Origin: an uncultured virus (IMG/VR IMGVR_UViG_3300025751_000002)
Lineage: Duplodnaviria > Heunggongvirae > Uroviricota > Caudoviricetes
Direction: 5' to 3' (one strand)
Length of the DNA: 20,000 bases
IMG/VR virus record: IMGVR_UViG_3300025751_000002
Shown piece after piece: positions 7,389-15,342 of this stretch. Position numbers and translations under genes: made by a program. Under the pieces are notes generated by a model. It saw nothing but the letters and a program-made list of their open reading frames with translations. It was not told where the DNA came from and ran no database searches. Position 1 is the first letter of the stretch; each line of letters starts with the position of its first letter.

Positions 7389-7428
7389 TTTAGTTTATCC
7401 TCCAGTGTCAGTGTTTTTATCGGGTGAA

Positions 7429-7489
7429 AGATAAAGACACATGTGTCTTATCTAAAACAAATTCTAGCAGGTAATAAGCTTTAAGCTTA
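7429..7489 (-). promoter_or_regulatory. Predicted MCP promoter and leader with two palindromes
   Basis: Extended -10 TGCTAGAAT (7469-7461). Palindromes AAGACACATGTGTCTT (7434-7449) and TAAGCTT-T-AAGCTTA (7475-7489). Confidence 0.5.
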
Positions 7490-8068
7490 CATATACTGCA
7501 TAGTAGGTGCTTTATAGCGTGCACCAGGGGAGTTGCTAGATCCGTAGGATTCAGGATCAATAGCCATTCCTTGTTGGAATCCAGGGACACCCAGTGATTC
7601 AGGGATTGCACCAAGCGCTAAACCTCCTAGTCCAGCAGCAGCCGCAGATGCTGGCACTAAACCAGCTGCAAGTCCCTTAGCAACATTCTGCTGAACAGCT
7701 TGGCTTGGGAAAGGAAGTGCAGCTGAAACTCCAGCTAAAGGATCACCAAATAAACGAGCATCTACTGCAGAAACTGCATCAGCTCCAATATTTGCAGCTT
7801 TGCGACGCAAGCTATCTTGTGGAAGATCGCGTGCCACGTCACCAATCTTGTTCCCAAGACGAGTAACTTGTTTTTGCGCCGCTGCAACTAAAGCAGGGTT
7901 GTACTTACCTGCAAGTGCACGGGCTCCTAATAGTCCTGCTGCGCCGCCCAAAGCACCAGTACCTGCAGCAAGTGCAGCAGATCCTGGATCTTCATTCTGA
8001 GAAAGGGCATACCCGCCGGTCAGCAAACCAGCTGCAGCGGGTACACCGTATCTATAAGCGCCACGCAT
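7487..8068 (-). CDS. Ala/Gly-rich hydrophobic hypothetical protein
   Basis: 193-aa ORF starting 4 nt after the scaffold stop, with glycine-zipper-like segments. Confidence 0.7.
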   Translation of the reverse strand: MRGAYRYGVPAAAGLLTGGYALSQNEDPGSAALAAGTGALGGAAGLLGARALAGKYNPALVAAAQKQVTRLGNKIGDVARDLPQDSLRRKAANIGADAVSAVDARLFGDPLAGVSAALPFPSQAVQQNVAKGLAAGLVPASAAAAGLGGLALGAIPESLGVPGFQQGMAIDPESYGSSNSPGARYKAPTMQYM

Positions 8069-8072
8069 GGAA

Positions 8073-9026
8073 TCACTCCATTACAAACAGCTTGTTGGAA
8101 ACCACTTGAGGCTGAGCGTTATTCAGGAGACGCCATGCCTGGCTGGGATCCACATCCATTTGTTGCTTAAAGCTGCCCCAGAAGTTTTCAGGTTGCTGAG
8201 GAGCTGCTGCGGTAGGAGGAGCAGGGAATTGACCCAGGGCAGAATCAATCGGTGCAGTGGGATAACCACGGGTTTCCAATTGAGCCTCATCCTCATACAC
8301 AGGATAGGGACCCTCAGGACCAAAGAACTTCAGCGTGTAATCGCTAAGTACATCGGGATTGGTCAGGATCTCGTTGTATGCCAGGTTCTCCTGGTGCTCA
8401 TTAACACTGAATTCGGCATAGCCATTCAGCAGTTCTTGTGCTTTGCCACCCCAGGCAACAGCACTATCCAGCATATCTTCCAGCTGGAGAGCATAATTAT
8501 TTAGAATTGCGGGAGCTTCTGTTCCGTACGCGCTTACCACGTTCCGGCTTTCCGGGCTCCAATCCAGGAGATCCGCTACGTCCTCCAATGATTGAATCGA
8601 GGAAGTTTGGGAAGAGTTGGGCGAGTAGGCCTGGTTGGGTAATGAGGTCTGCGGAGCCGATTGTTGCGTACCCAGGTTGCTGGGAAGCTGGCCGTAGTTG
8701 GCTGGACTGTATTGCGTCGTCTGAGACGGTTGACCCTGGAACGGGGATTGAACTGGTGCGCTCAGCAGATTCACCACCTTGTTGAACGCCGATTCCCATG
8801 GGTTGCCCTGGGCTTCCGGTTGGGATTGGGGGGCGTACTGCGTAGGGGCTGATTGGTAGCTGGGGGCTGCCTGTGGTACCGCCTGAGGGTAACTGGTACC
8901 CACCTGATACTGGACTGGTGCTGCCACTGGAGCTTGCGCCGGAGCCGGAGCCACGTAGCTGCTCGGAGCCACCGCTGCCGGAACTTGGCTCGTCTGTGGG
9001 ATCGATTGGACGGTAGCGTCCTGCAT
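8073..9026 (-). CDS. Putative capsid scaffolding/assembly protein
   Basis: AAGGAG SD upstream. Pro/Gln/Ala/Ser-rich disordered N-terminus and acidic helical core, located between portal and MCP. Confidence 0.6.
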   Translation of the reverse strand: MQDATVQSIPQTSQVPAAVAPSSYVAPAPAQAPVAAPVQYQVGTSYPQAVPQAAPSYQSAPTQYAPQSQPEAQGNPWESAFNKVVNLLSAPVQSPFQGQPSQTTQYSPANYGQLPSNLGTQQSAPQTSLPNQAYSPNSSQTSSIQSLEDVADLLDWSPESRNVVSAYGTEAPAILNNYALQLEDMLDSAVAWGGKAQELLNGYAEFSVNEHQENLAYNEILTNPDVLSDYTLKFFGPEGPYPVYEDEAQLETRGYPTAPIDSALGQFPAPPTAAAPQQPENFWGSFKQQMDVDPSQAWRLLNNAQPQVVSNKLFVME

Positions 9027-10773
9027 AACTCATCTCCTTTTGTAAGGCTTCTAATGTTCGATACAGATATGGTGTTAGATCCAATCTGGGATCCGCAGCC
9101 ATCGGTAGATCCGGTGCTTGCGGGTGAGGAGTCTGCATCATTCCCCCCACTAGACGAGCAAATTGAGAGTAAGCACCCTGCAATTCGTTCACCATCCTGA
9201 ATGGGAACCCAGATAGCATCTCGGCTCTTTCCTCATCCGTTTTAGAAGGGAAGAGGTACTTCAGTGCTTCAATGCTATCAACACCTAATTCCTGAAGGTT
9301 TCTTACAACAATAGAGTTGTTAAGAATATCTTGCGTGGAATCTTCATAGACGGGACCAAGCCAACGCCATAAAACAGTTAGATCCCCATCAGGAATTAAC
9401 CCAACAACACTTGGTGGTATTTGTTGAGTTTCCACACAAGCTAACATAAGTTTCTTCAATTGTTCGTTATATTGACTTAATGCATCTTCGTATGCAGCCT
9501 GTTGTTCAGGTGGTGCATCATCAGGTAATTCAACTGGTTTCTCCATACCAGCAGCAGCCGCAAGTGTTGTTTTAAACAGCTGCTCTTCTTGATAAATAAT
9601 AAGTTCTAGACAACGACAAATACCGTGGGTGTAAATGGCGTTTGCTTTCTTCTTTGATGTGGCGGCAACGCGGCCAAACAATGATTTGTATTCAGTTGCA
9701 GTAACACCTGCAGAAATTGACAACTCATCCACGCCACCAAGAGCGGTACGGATCTCTTCCCTATACTGACGGGCAAATGCGTTTTGATCACCTGTAATAG
9801 CATCTGGAACAATATAACCAACACGATCGTTTGGTTCCAGGTTTGCAATAACTCTTGGAACCCTGATCTGACCATCCATGCCACGGCTGACTGGATCAGC
9901 TTTAAACATGGAACGGCTCATGGGCGAAGGGCTCATGAAACCTGAGTTAGCAGCAATAGATGGCCGTTGAACGGACATATCACCACCTGCTTCCATTAAG
10001 TCGGTTTTAGGCCGAGAGGAAAGCAATGTTGGATTACCAAAAAAGGTAATGTTCTTGCGCATCGTGCGCATTAAATCATCATGGGTGCAGATGTGATTTG
10101 CCATTTGGTCAAATTCACCCACCCCTTCATTGGAGAAGCCTTGGGCATTGTTGATGATCTCAACACATGGAATAAAACCAAGGCTATTTTTTAACTTCTT
10201 TGTATTGCCCGTTAGGGCATAAGTGGGCATATCAAAATTTAATTCTGCATCAGAATGAGTTTCTTCAATTTCTCTTCCTTTAATAGATAAACGAATATAG
10301 CGTTTTGCTCCAGGGCTATAAGTACTTTGTGTACCTGAAATACTCGTAGTATTAATTGCTTCGCCGAAACCGTTGCCTTTACGTACCTTATAACTGTAGA
10401 TAATTACAACTTCATCAAGTTCGCCATCAACGTTGTAATAGGCACGATATTCGTGATCACGAAAATAGTAAAGCCGATAGTTCTGTTTAGTTGGCCGAAT
10501 GTAAAAAAGACCTTTTCCATCACATAAAAAGTATTCCCAGATGGAATCCAAACGGGTATCAATCTTGTTGTACTTTAGTACGCGATCGATAAAGTCCTTT
10601 CGTTGAGCACCAAAGTTATCCTGGCCTGCAAAGAATTCAACTCCTTGGCGAATGCCAAAAAGTTTCATTTGTGCTACGTGGGACGCAACAATGCCCGTAT
10701 CAACAACAATGTTGCTATCTTTATCTAGATAGGCATTGATAATTTCTTGAAGCCGGGCTCTAGCGTCCGCCAT
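8497..10773 (-). CDS. Putative portal protein with long C-terminal tail overlapping the scaffold gene
   Basis: Largest ORF between terL and MCP, with AGGAG SD. Portal-like layout (YFLCDGKGLFYI, LGFIPCVEIINN...GVGEFDQM, LTVLWRW). Assignment rests mainly on synteny and size. Confidence 0.72.
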   Translation of the reverse strand: MADARARLQEIINAYLDKDSNIVVDTGIVASHVAQMKLFGIRQGVEFFAGQDNFGAQRKDFIDRVLKYNKIDTRLDSIWEYFLCDGKGLFYIRPTKQNYRLYYFRDHEYRAYYNVDGELDEVVIIYSYKVRKGNGFGEAINTTSISGTQSTYSPGAKRYIRLSIKGREIEETHSDAELNFDMPTYALTGNTKKLKNSLGFIPCVEIINNAQGFSNEGVGEFDQMANHICTHDDLMRTMRKNITFFGNPTLLSSRPKTDLMEAGGDMSVQRPSIAANSGFMSPSPMSRSMFKADPVSRGMDGQIRVPRVIANLEPNDRVGYIVPDAITGDQNAFARQYREEIRTALGGVDELSISAGVTATEYKSLFGRVAATSKKKANAIYTHGICRCLELIIYQEEQLFKTTLAAAAGMEKPVELPDDAPPEQQAAYEDALSQYNEQLKKLMLACVETQQIPPSVVGLIPDGDLTVLWRWLGPVYEDSTQDILNNSIVVRNLQELGVDSIEALKYLFPSKTDEERAEMLSGFPFRMVNELQGAYSQFARLVGGMMQTPHPQAPDLPMAADPRLDLTPYLYRTLEALQKEMSYAGRYRPIDPTDEPSSGSGGSEQLRGSGSGASSSGSTSPVSGGYQLPSGGTTGSPQLPISPYAVRPPIPTGSPGQPMGIGVQQGGESAERTSSIPVPGSTVSDDAIQSSQLRPASQQPGYATIGSADLITQPGLLAQLFPNFLDSIIGGRSGSPGLEPGKPERGKRVRNRSSRNSK

Positions 10774-10805
10774 TAATTATTCTCCTTTTTTAAATAGTAG
10801 CAGCT

Positions 10806-11150
10806 TCAGGAGACAGTTTTGTTCTGGAATCCCATCGGCATTTGTGTCATTGGCATGGTCATTGCACCAGCGTTGCCCATAGGTGCCATGCCACCCATAC
10901 CAAAAGCTAAAGGAAGTTGCGGTCCACCGGGCATGATTCCACGGCGACGTAGTTCTTCATTTAGTTGTTGATTCTGTTGCGTGCCGCCTTCATATATTTT
11001 TCTCAGCTGCTCACCAGAGCGTCCACCAAGGGCACCTGCGCCACGGTTGATATCAAAGCTAGGGTTACCAGCCATCATCATTGGGTTCATGCCAGGGTAT
11101 GCTACTTGGCCTGGAGCACCCGGCACATTTTGATATCCACTAAAACGCAT
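10806..11150 (-). CDS. Gly/Met/Pro-rich low-complexity hypothetical protein
   Basis: 114-aa ORF with GGAG SD and an upstream TAGAAT. Confidence 0.7.
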   Translation of the reverse strand: MRFSGYQNVPGAPGQVAYPGMNPMMMAGNPSFDINRGAGALGGRSGEQLRKIYEGGTQQNQQLNEELRRRGIMPGGPQLPLAFGMGGMAPMGNAGAMTMPMTQMPMGFQNKTVS

Positions 11151-11176
11151 TTTTAATCATCTCCAATTTTTTTATT

Positions 11177-11359
11177 CTAATCCTCTATAACTTCATATGC
11201 ATTGATGTCATTCAATTTAGTAATGACAATGCCTTCACCACGGAAATCATAATTTAAAACATCGCCTTCTTGCCAGGCCAGATCTTCGAGTACCTCATCT
11301 GGAAGGGTAATGAAACAATCACCGTTATCATCTTCTTGTACTTCGATGACGTAAGTCAT
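11177..11359 (-). CDS. AbrB/MazE/SpoVT-like swapped-hairpin DNA-binding protein
   Basis: GDCFITLPDEVLEDLAWQEGDVLNYDFRGEGIVITKL matches the ITLP..l...Lg...GD.l....g.I.l pattern. ATGA overlap with the upstream gene. Confidence 0.8.
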   Translation of the reverse strand: MTYVIEVQEDDNGDCFITLPDEVLEDLAWQEGDVLNYDFRGEGIVITKLNDINAYEVIED

Positions 11360-11652
11360 TTTACTTCCAGTAGTTTTTCAATTAGTTTATCAAGCTTTGT
11401 ATTGATTTGACTAAGATTGTCATGCATCTGTTGGATTTCTCTAAGAAAATCAACTTTTAATACGTATTCCAGGGGCATACGCTTCACGTCGTTTTCCAAA
11501 ATGTCAATCCTTCTTTTTTGCGAGCCGACATAATTAAATACTTGTTGGATCTGTTCTGATTGACGGCCAAGTATTTTAGTTGCCATCCATCCACCGCCAG
11601 TTACAGCAGAAACAACAGCTGTAATGCCGATTGCAATATATTCAGGTCCCAC
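11356..11652 (-). CDS. Small membrane protein (N-terminal TM helix + coiled coil), holin/lysis-accessory-like
   Basis: Hydrophobic YIAIGITAVVSAVTGGGWMA followed by a heptad-rich tail (YVLKVDFLREIQQMHDNLSQINTKLDKLIE). Confidence 0.55.
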   Translation of the reverse strand: MGPEYIAIGITAVVSAVTGGGWMATKILGRQSEQIQQVFNYVGSQKRRIDILENDVKRMPLEYVLKVDFLREIQQMHDNLSQINTKLDKLIEKLLEVK

Positions 11653-11684
11653 AATAATATCGGTATTTTTTTCTATTCTAAAAG

Positions 11685-13211
11685 TTAGTAATCAACCTGA
11701 AGCTTACCTTTACGCATTAATCCGTTAATCATCCAAACCAACGCATCAACACAGTCATCATGACTGCTAACACCAAAGTTGGTAAGCTCTTCAAACATTG
11801 CAGTGAAGTTGCGGTAACGATTGAAGATAATCTTGCGATCTTCAAACAAACCCATGCAACCACGGAAACGTGCCAACTTATCTGCACGGAATCCTTTGAC
11901 AGGATGCCAATTTAAGTTATAAAGATTTTCATTGTTTAAACAAACGCGTTTGAAGTCAGCTTCCAGTGATGCCTGGTACTGTACAGCTTCTGAGTAAATA
12001 TCACAGGTGGAATAAGTAGGAAAATAATTACCTTGTTCATCGCGTCCAAGGATGGACCAATCATTAAGTAGTTCCTTGAGGGCATCAAGTTTTTCAAGGT
12101 TACCCATTACTCGCAATCTGCGGTAATCAATAACGTGAATGCGATCCTCGATGCGACCACCCAGAACCATAACGGTATAATCATTTTTCTCTTTCGTACC
12201 AGCAGATAGGTCAACCCCTACAGCAAGCGTGTCAAACTCCGTAGAGATCTCAGCTTTAACAATAAGTTCTGGCGCCAGGGACAATTCATTCTGTCTGACG
12301 ATTTGATTCATGTACTGAAAAGAAAAAGCAATAGGTGCTTGTCGTTTCTTTTCCTTTAAATAGTCCAACGACCACATATCTGGCCAGTATGAAACTTCAT
12401 CCCCTGTTTTGGGATCAGTAAGAATTGCAGATAACACGATCTGCATCCAATTGTTTTGTGGGTTAAAAGTAGTTGAATGAATATCGTCATGTCGGAAGCG
12501 TGTACCAAGGCAGATGGCACGTGCTCCTTCAAACATGGTTGGTGCAATCACTGCATTCCAGTTGTCCTGCATCTGTTTACGGATGTCTGGATTAGCAATA
12601 TCAGCGGCTGATTTAATTGCGTCATCAATGATTACCAGGTGAGAACGTTTTGATGTCACCGAACCTTTGAGGCCCGCTGCACATAAAGTAAATTGCTCTT
12701 CACCAGTGGTATCAATACCAGCAAACTTATGGTCAATAGACCAGTATTCATTACTGGTTACGTTTTTAAGAAGGCGTACTTTAGGGAAAACTTCTTGATA
12801 TCTTTTGCTTTCAATGATTCGTTTGATGGTTGCTGACTTGGAACGAGCAATATCAACCGTATAAGAAAGGTAAAGAATTTGCAGCGGTTTCTTTGCCATG
12901 GTGTGTACACCAATGGCCCATGCAGTAAATAATCCAAGGATGGTTGATTTAGCTGAACCTCGTGGAGCCAATAGATCAATATTGGGGCCAGCAATCTTTA
13001 CTAAACAACTACTATCTTCTTGCGTTACAAAGTGCCGATGCCATTCTTTATGATGCTCGGCAGGTGGTTTATCTGCTACATACTCACAAAAGAAACCAAA
13101 ATCATCCCTTGCTTTTTCCAGGGATTCAAGGTTTCGTGGAACTCTAATTTGTTGCCTGCGTGCAGCAGCTTGTGCATTACGTCTATAAGCAAGATGTTGA
13201 TAAGCAGGCAC
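11685..13211 (-). CDS. terL: Terminase large subunit
   Basis: Walker A APRGSAKST, Walker B LVIIDD, coupling motif GTRF, and RNase H-like nuclease residues GVDLS ... DYTV ... HDDCVDA. Confidence 0.95.
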   Translation of the reverse strand: MPAYQHLAYRRNAQAAARRQQIRVPRNLESLEKARDDFGFFCEYVADKPPAEHHKEWHRHFVTQEDSSCLVKIAGPNIDLLAPRGSAKSTILGLFTAWAIGVHTMAKKPLQILYLSYTVDIARSKSATIKRIIESKRYQEVFPKVRLLKNVTSNEYWSIDHKFAGIDTTGEEQFTLCAAGLKGSVTSKRSHLVIIDDAIKSAADIANPDIRKQMQDNWNAVIAPTMFEGARAICLGTRFRHDDIHSTTFNPQNNWMQIVLSAILTDPKTGDEVSYWPDMWSLDYLKEKKRQAPIAFSFQYMNQIVRQNELSLAPELIVKAEISTEFDTLAVGVDLSAGTKEKNDYTVMVLGGRIEDRIHVIDYRRLRVMGNLEKLDALKELLNDWSILGRDEQGNYFPTYSTCDIYSEAVQYQASLEADFKRVCLNNENLYNLNWHPVKGFRADKLARFRGCMGLFEDRKIIFNRYRNFTAMFEELTNFGVSSHDDCVDALVWMINGLMRKGKLQVDY

Positions 13212-13240
13212 AGTTAGTATTCATTCGTTATAAATAAATA

Positions 13241-13618
13241 CTAACTCATTCGTCGTCCTCGTCCTCTTTCTCGTCCTTGCCCTTGCGATTCTTCTTCTGC
13301 TCCTTGTACTTCTTCGCTTTCTCTAAAGCGGCCTTCCGCTTCTCCTTGTCCGACATCTCGCTGCCGTCCTCTTTCTTGGCCTCCTTCTTTTTGAAGTACT
13401 CCAGAAGCTGGGGCGGCATTTTGTTCTTGCTCATTTTCTTTGTTATCTAATAAGGCATTCATTACCTCTTGACCACGAGAAACCTTGGGATCAAGAGGAG
13501 TAGGTTTCTTGATACCAGCTGATTGTTCGCGGTTTTTATTTAATTGACGAACAACTTCGAATAAACGTCCGGCAATATTTTCTCCATATTCTGGAGGTTG
13601 CGGAGGTGGTTTTCTCAT
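13241..13618 (-). CDS. Hypothetical protein; C-terminal half overlaps 13246..13434
   Basis: 125-aa ORF whose N-terminal half fills otherwise non-coding 13435-13618. Confidence 0.55.
   Translation of the reverse strand: MRKPPPQPPEYGENIAGRLFEVVRQLNKNREQSAGIKKPTPLDPKVSRGQEVMNALLDNKENEQEQNAAPASGVLQKEGGQERGRQRDVGQGEAEGRFRESEEVQGAEEESQGQGRERGRGRRMS
13246..13434 (-). CDS. Small Lys/Glu-rich hypothetical protein nested in another frame of 13241..13618
   Basis: 62 aa (MSKNKMPPQLLEYFKKKEAKKE...) with coherent AAG/GAG codon usage. Confidence 0.55.
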   Translation of the reverse strand: MSKNKMPPQLLEYFKKKEAKKEDGSEMSDKEKRKAALEKAKKYKEQKKNRKGKDEKEDEDDE

Positions 13619-13636
13619 GTTACCAGTCTACGTGAA

Positions 13637-14233
13637 TTATTCTTCTAACTGCATGTGGGACCACACACTCATTGATGCTTCTTCCAATGGAATTTCAATT
13701 GGATCATCTTTGAAGATAGTAATTAGTTCACGGATGGCACGATCAGCACCAGCCATCAATAAACCTTTTCTATCCTTGATAGAAGTAGAAAGCTCAACTT
13801 GAGCAATGGTGCCACGTAATTCTTTTTGCATTGATGCAATACGTGCTACACCAGCATCACGTTTGACAAGACCATTATCAACATCCTGCCTTAGCTTACG
13901 GATGTCTTCTTGCATCTCATCAATTTCATACAACAAAACCTTCCTGTGGTCAGGTTTTGGATAATTTTTATTTAACCAGTGGTCACAACCAGTGATGCTT
14001 CCGTTGTAACGCAAAAACCTGGCATAAAGATAACATTCAATTACAGAGAAGTTCTCTGCGCAAAAAGATTTAAATGCTTCTTCAGTTGGTGAATCTAAAT
14101 TGTCTAGCCAACGATCAAATATCTCAATATCGATATGCTCGTTGTGCTTGGCTGTAGTCACGGGCTTCGTCGCTTTCGCCGAAACGCTGTGCTTGCTCTG
14201 CAGACTTTCTTTGTTCTTCACCTGATTTACCAA
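13637..14233 (-). CDS. Helical hypothetical protein, candidate terminase small subunit; start uncertain (TTG 14233 or GTG 14161)
   Basis: Globular N-domain plus coiled coil (EIDEMQEDIRKLRQDVD...), about 430 nt upstream of terL. The TerS call is positional only. Confidence 0.55.
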   Translation of the reverse strand: MVNQVKNKESLQSKHSVSAKATKPVTTAKHNEHIDIEIFDRWLDNLDSPTEEAFKSFCAENFSVIECYLYARFLRYNGSITGCDHWLNKNYPKPDHRKVLLYEIDEMQEDIRKLRQDVDNGLVKRDAGVARIASMQKELRGTIAQVELSTSIKDRKGLLMAGADRAIRELITIFKDDPIEIPLEEASMSVWSHMQLEE

Positions 14234-14408
14234 TAGTTTCCCTTTCTTGGGTACCAGCTTCCCTCATCTTTTCTTTAGATGAGCCAACAGATACATCTTG
14301 GAAGATCTTAACAGCTGAAGCAGCTTTACGCGCTTTATCCTCATCGAAGAATAAATCATACGGATCAGGATTTTCCGCGCTTTCAAAATAAAACGGCTCT
14401 TCTTGCAT
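14124..14408 (-). CDS. Charged hypothetical protein
   Basis: 94-aa ORF starting 2 nt after the previous stop. Confidence 0.65.
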   Translation of the reverse strand: MQEEPFYFESAENPDPYDLFFDEDKARKAASAVKIFQDVSVGSSKEKMREAGTQERETIGKSGEEQRKSAEQAQRFGESDEARDYSQAQRAYRY

Positions 14409-14410
14409 GG

Positions 14411-14596
14411 TTAATTTTCCTTCTGTTTATCTGTTTTCTTTTTGGGTTCTTCACCAAAAGGATCTTTGCTGTCCGTAGTGCCAGTAGATCGTTCACGGTT
14501 AATCTTATCCTTAGCGTAACGGTAAGCAACATCAGCTGCTTGCCGATAACGATTTAGATCAAATTCTGCACCTGAATCTTTATTATCTACTGGCAT
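14411..14596 (-). CDS. Small charged hypothetical protein
   Basis: 61-aa ORF with an upstream TAAAAT at the recurring spacing. Confidence 0.65.
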   Translation of the reverse strand: MPVDNKDSGAEFDLNRYRQAADVAYRYAKDKINRERSTGTTDSKDPFGEEPKKKTDKQKEN

Positions 14597-14627
14597 TATC
14601 TACGCAGAGCTATTGATTTATTTTAGA

Positions 14628-14909
14628 TCAGAAATTGCCCATCATGCCAGCAAGACCTGCGGCAAAGGTATCGCGCTGACGTGCACGGTTCGATTGAGCA
14701 GCTTGACGCATCTTGGAACCTTCCAGGCGACCAAGGAGAGTTTCAAAATCTTGAAGTTCAGCACGGCTCATGCCGCCACCGTACTCGCGCTCAGCCTGTT
14801 GATCAATAAGCTGCTGCGCTTCTGCTTCGCCCATGCCCTGTGCACGAAGCTGAGCAAGGCTGGTACGGTTGCGATTAGCAGCCTTAGGAAGATTAATACT
14901 GTAAGTCAT
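14628..14909 (-). CDS. Hypothetical protein (possibly an abundant virion protein)
   Basis: 93 aa with GC-richer, capsid-like codon usage, ending FAAGLAGMMGNF. Confidence 0.7.
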   Translation of the reverse strand: MTYSINLPKAANRNRTSLAQLRAQGMGEAEAQQLIDQQAEREYGGGMSRAELQDFETLLGRLEGSKMRQAAQSNRARQRDTFAAGLAGMMGNF

Positions 14910-14955
14910 AAAACGTAAAAGCTCTACAAATTAATTTTAATGCACTATTTTTAAT

Positions 14956-15312
14956 TCACCTATAAAAAGATGTTAGAAACTCTTGGAAACGACGACTTTT
15001 TAAATCGCGGCTCCTGTTTGCACGGTTTCTAGGCTTGGAGCCACCACGGCCACGGCCTCCCATAGGACCACGATCATCCACAATGGGACCACGTACGTTT
15101 TGTAAGTCGGCTGCGGTCATAGAATCACGGCCTCCCATAGGACCACGATCATCCACAATGGGACCACGTACGTTTTGTAAGTCGGCTGCGGTCATAGAAT
15201 CACGGCCACGGCCTAAAGATACACTAGAGGGAGGCCTGCGGCCACCTCTAACGTTGCTGCCTCTGTCCCATACAGAACTAGCTTGCGCAGATGTAAAAGG
15301 ATTAATACGCAT
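14956..15312 (-). CDS. Arg/Gly-rich basic protein with an internal 25-aa duplication
   Basis: 118-aa ORF with AGGTGG SD-like site and upstream TAAAAT. Confidence 0.65.
   Translation of the reverse strand: MRINPFTSAQASSVWDRGSNVRGGRRPPSSVSLGRGRDSMTAADLQNVRGPIVDDRGPMGGRDSMTAADLQNVRGPIVDDRGPMGGRGRGGSKPRNRANRSRDLKSRRFQEFLTSFYR
15051..15207. repeat. Perfect tandem duplication, 2 x 75 bp plus a 7-bp partial copy
   Basis: 15051-15125 is identical to 15126-15200, followed by cacggcc. It encodes GRDSMTAADLQNVRGPIVDDRGPMG twice. Confidence 0.97.
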
Positions 15313-15342
15313 TAGCTTAAACCACCTATTTATATTTTAACG

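Noticed and set aside
11177..11652. Toxin-antitoxin pair
   Set aside because: The neighbours of the AbrB-like gene show no MazF, PIN or RelE features.
11685..13211. Intein or intron in terL or portal
   Set aside because: The reading frames are continuous, with no intein splice motifs or group I core elements seen.
15051..15207. Possible CRISPR-like array
   Set aside because: Two directly adjacent 75-bp units with no spacers, in frame within a CDS.
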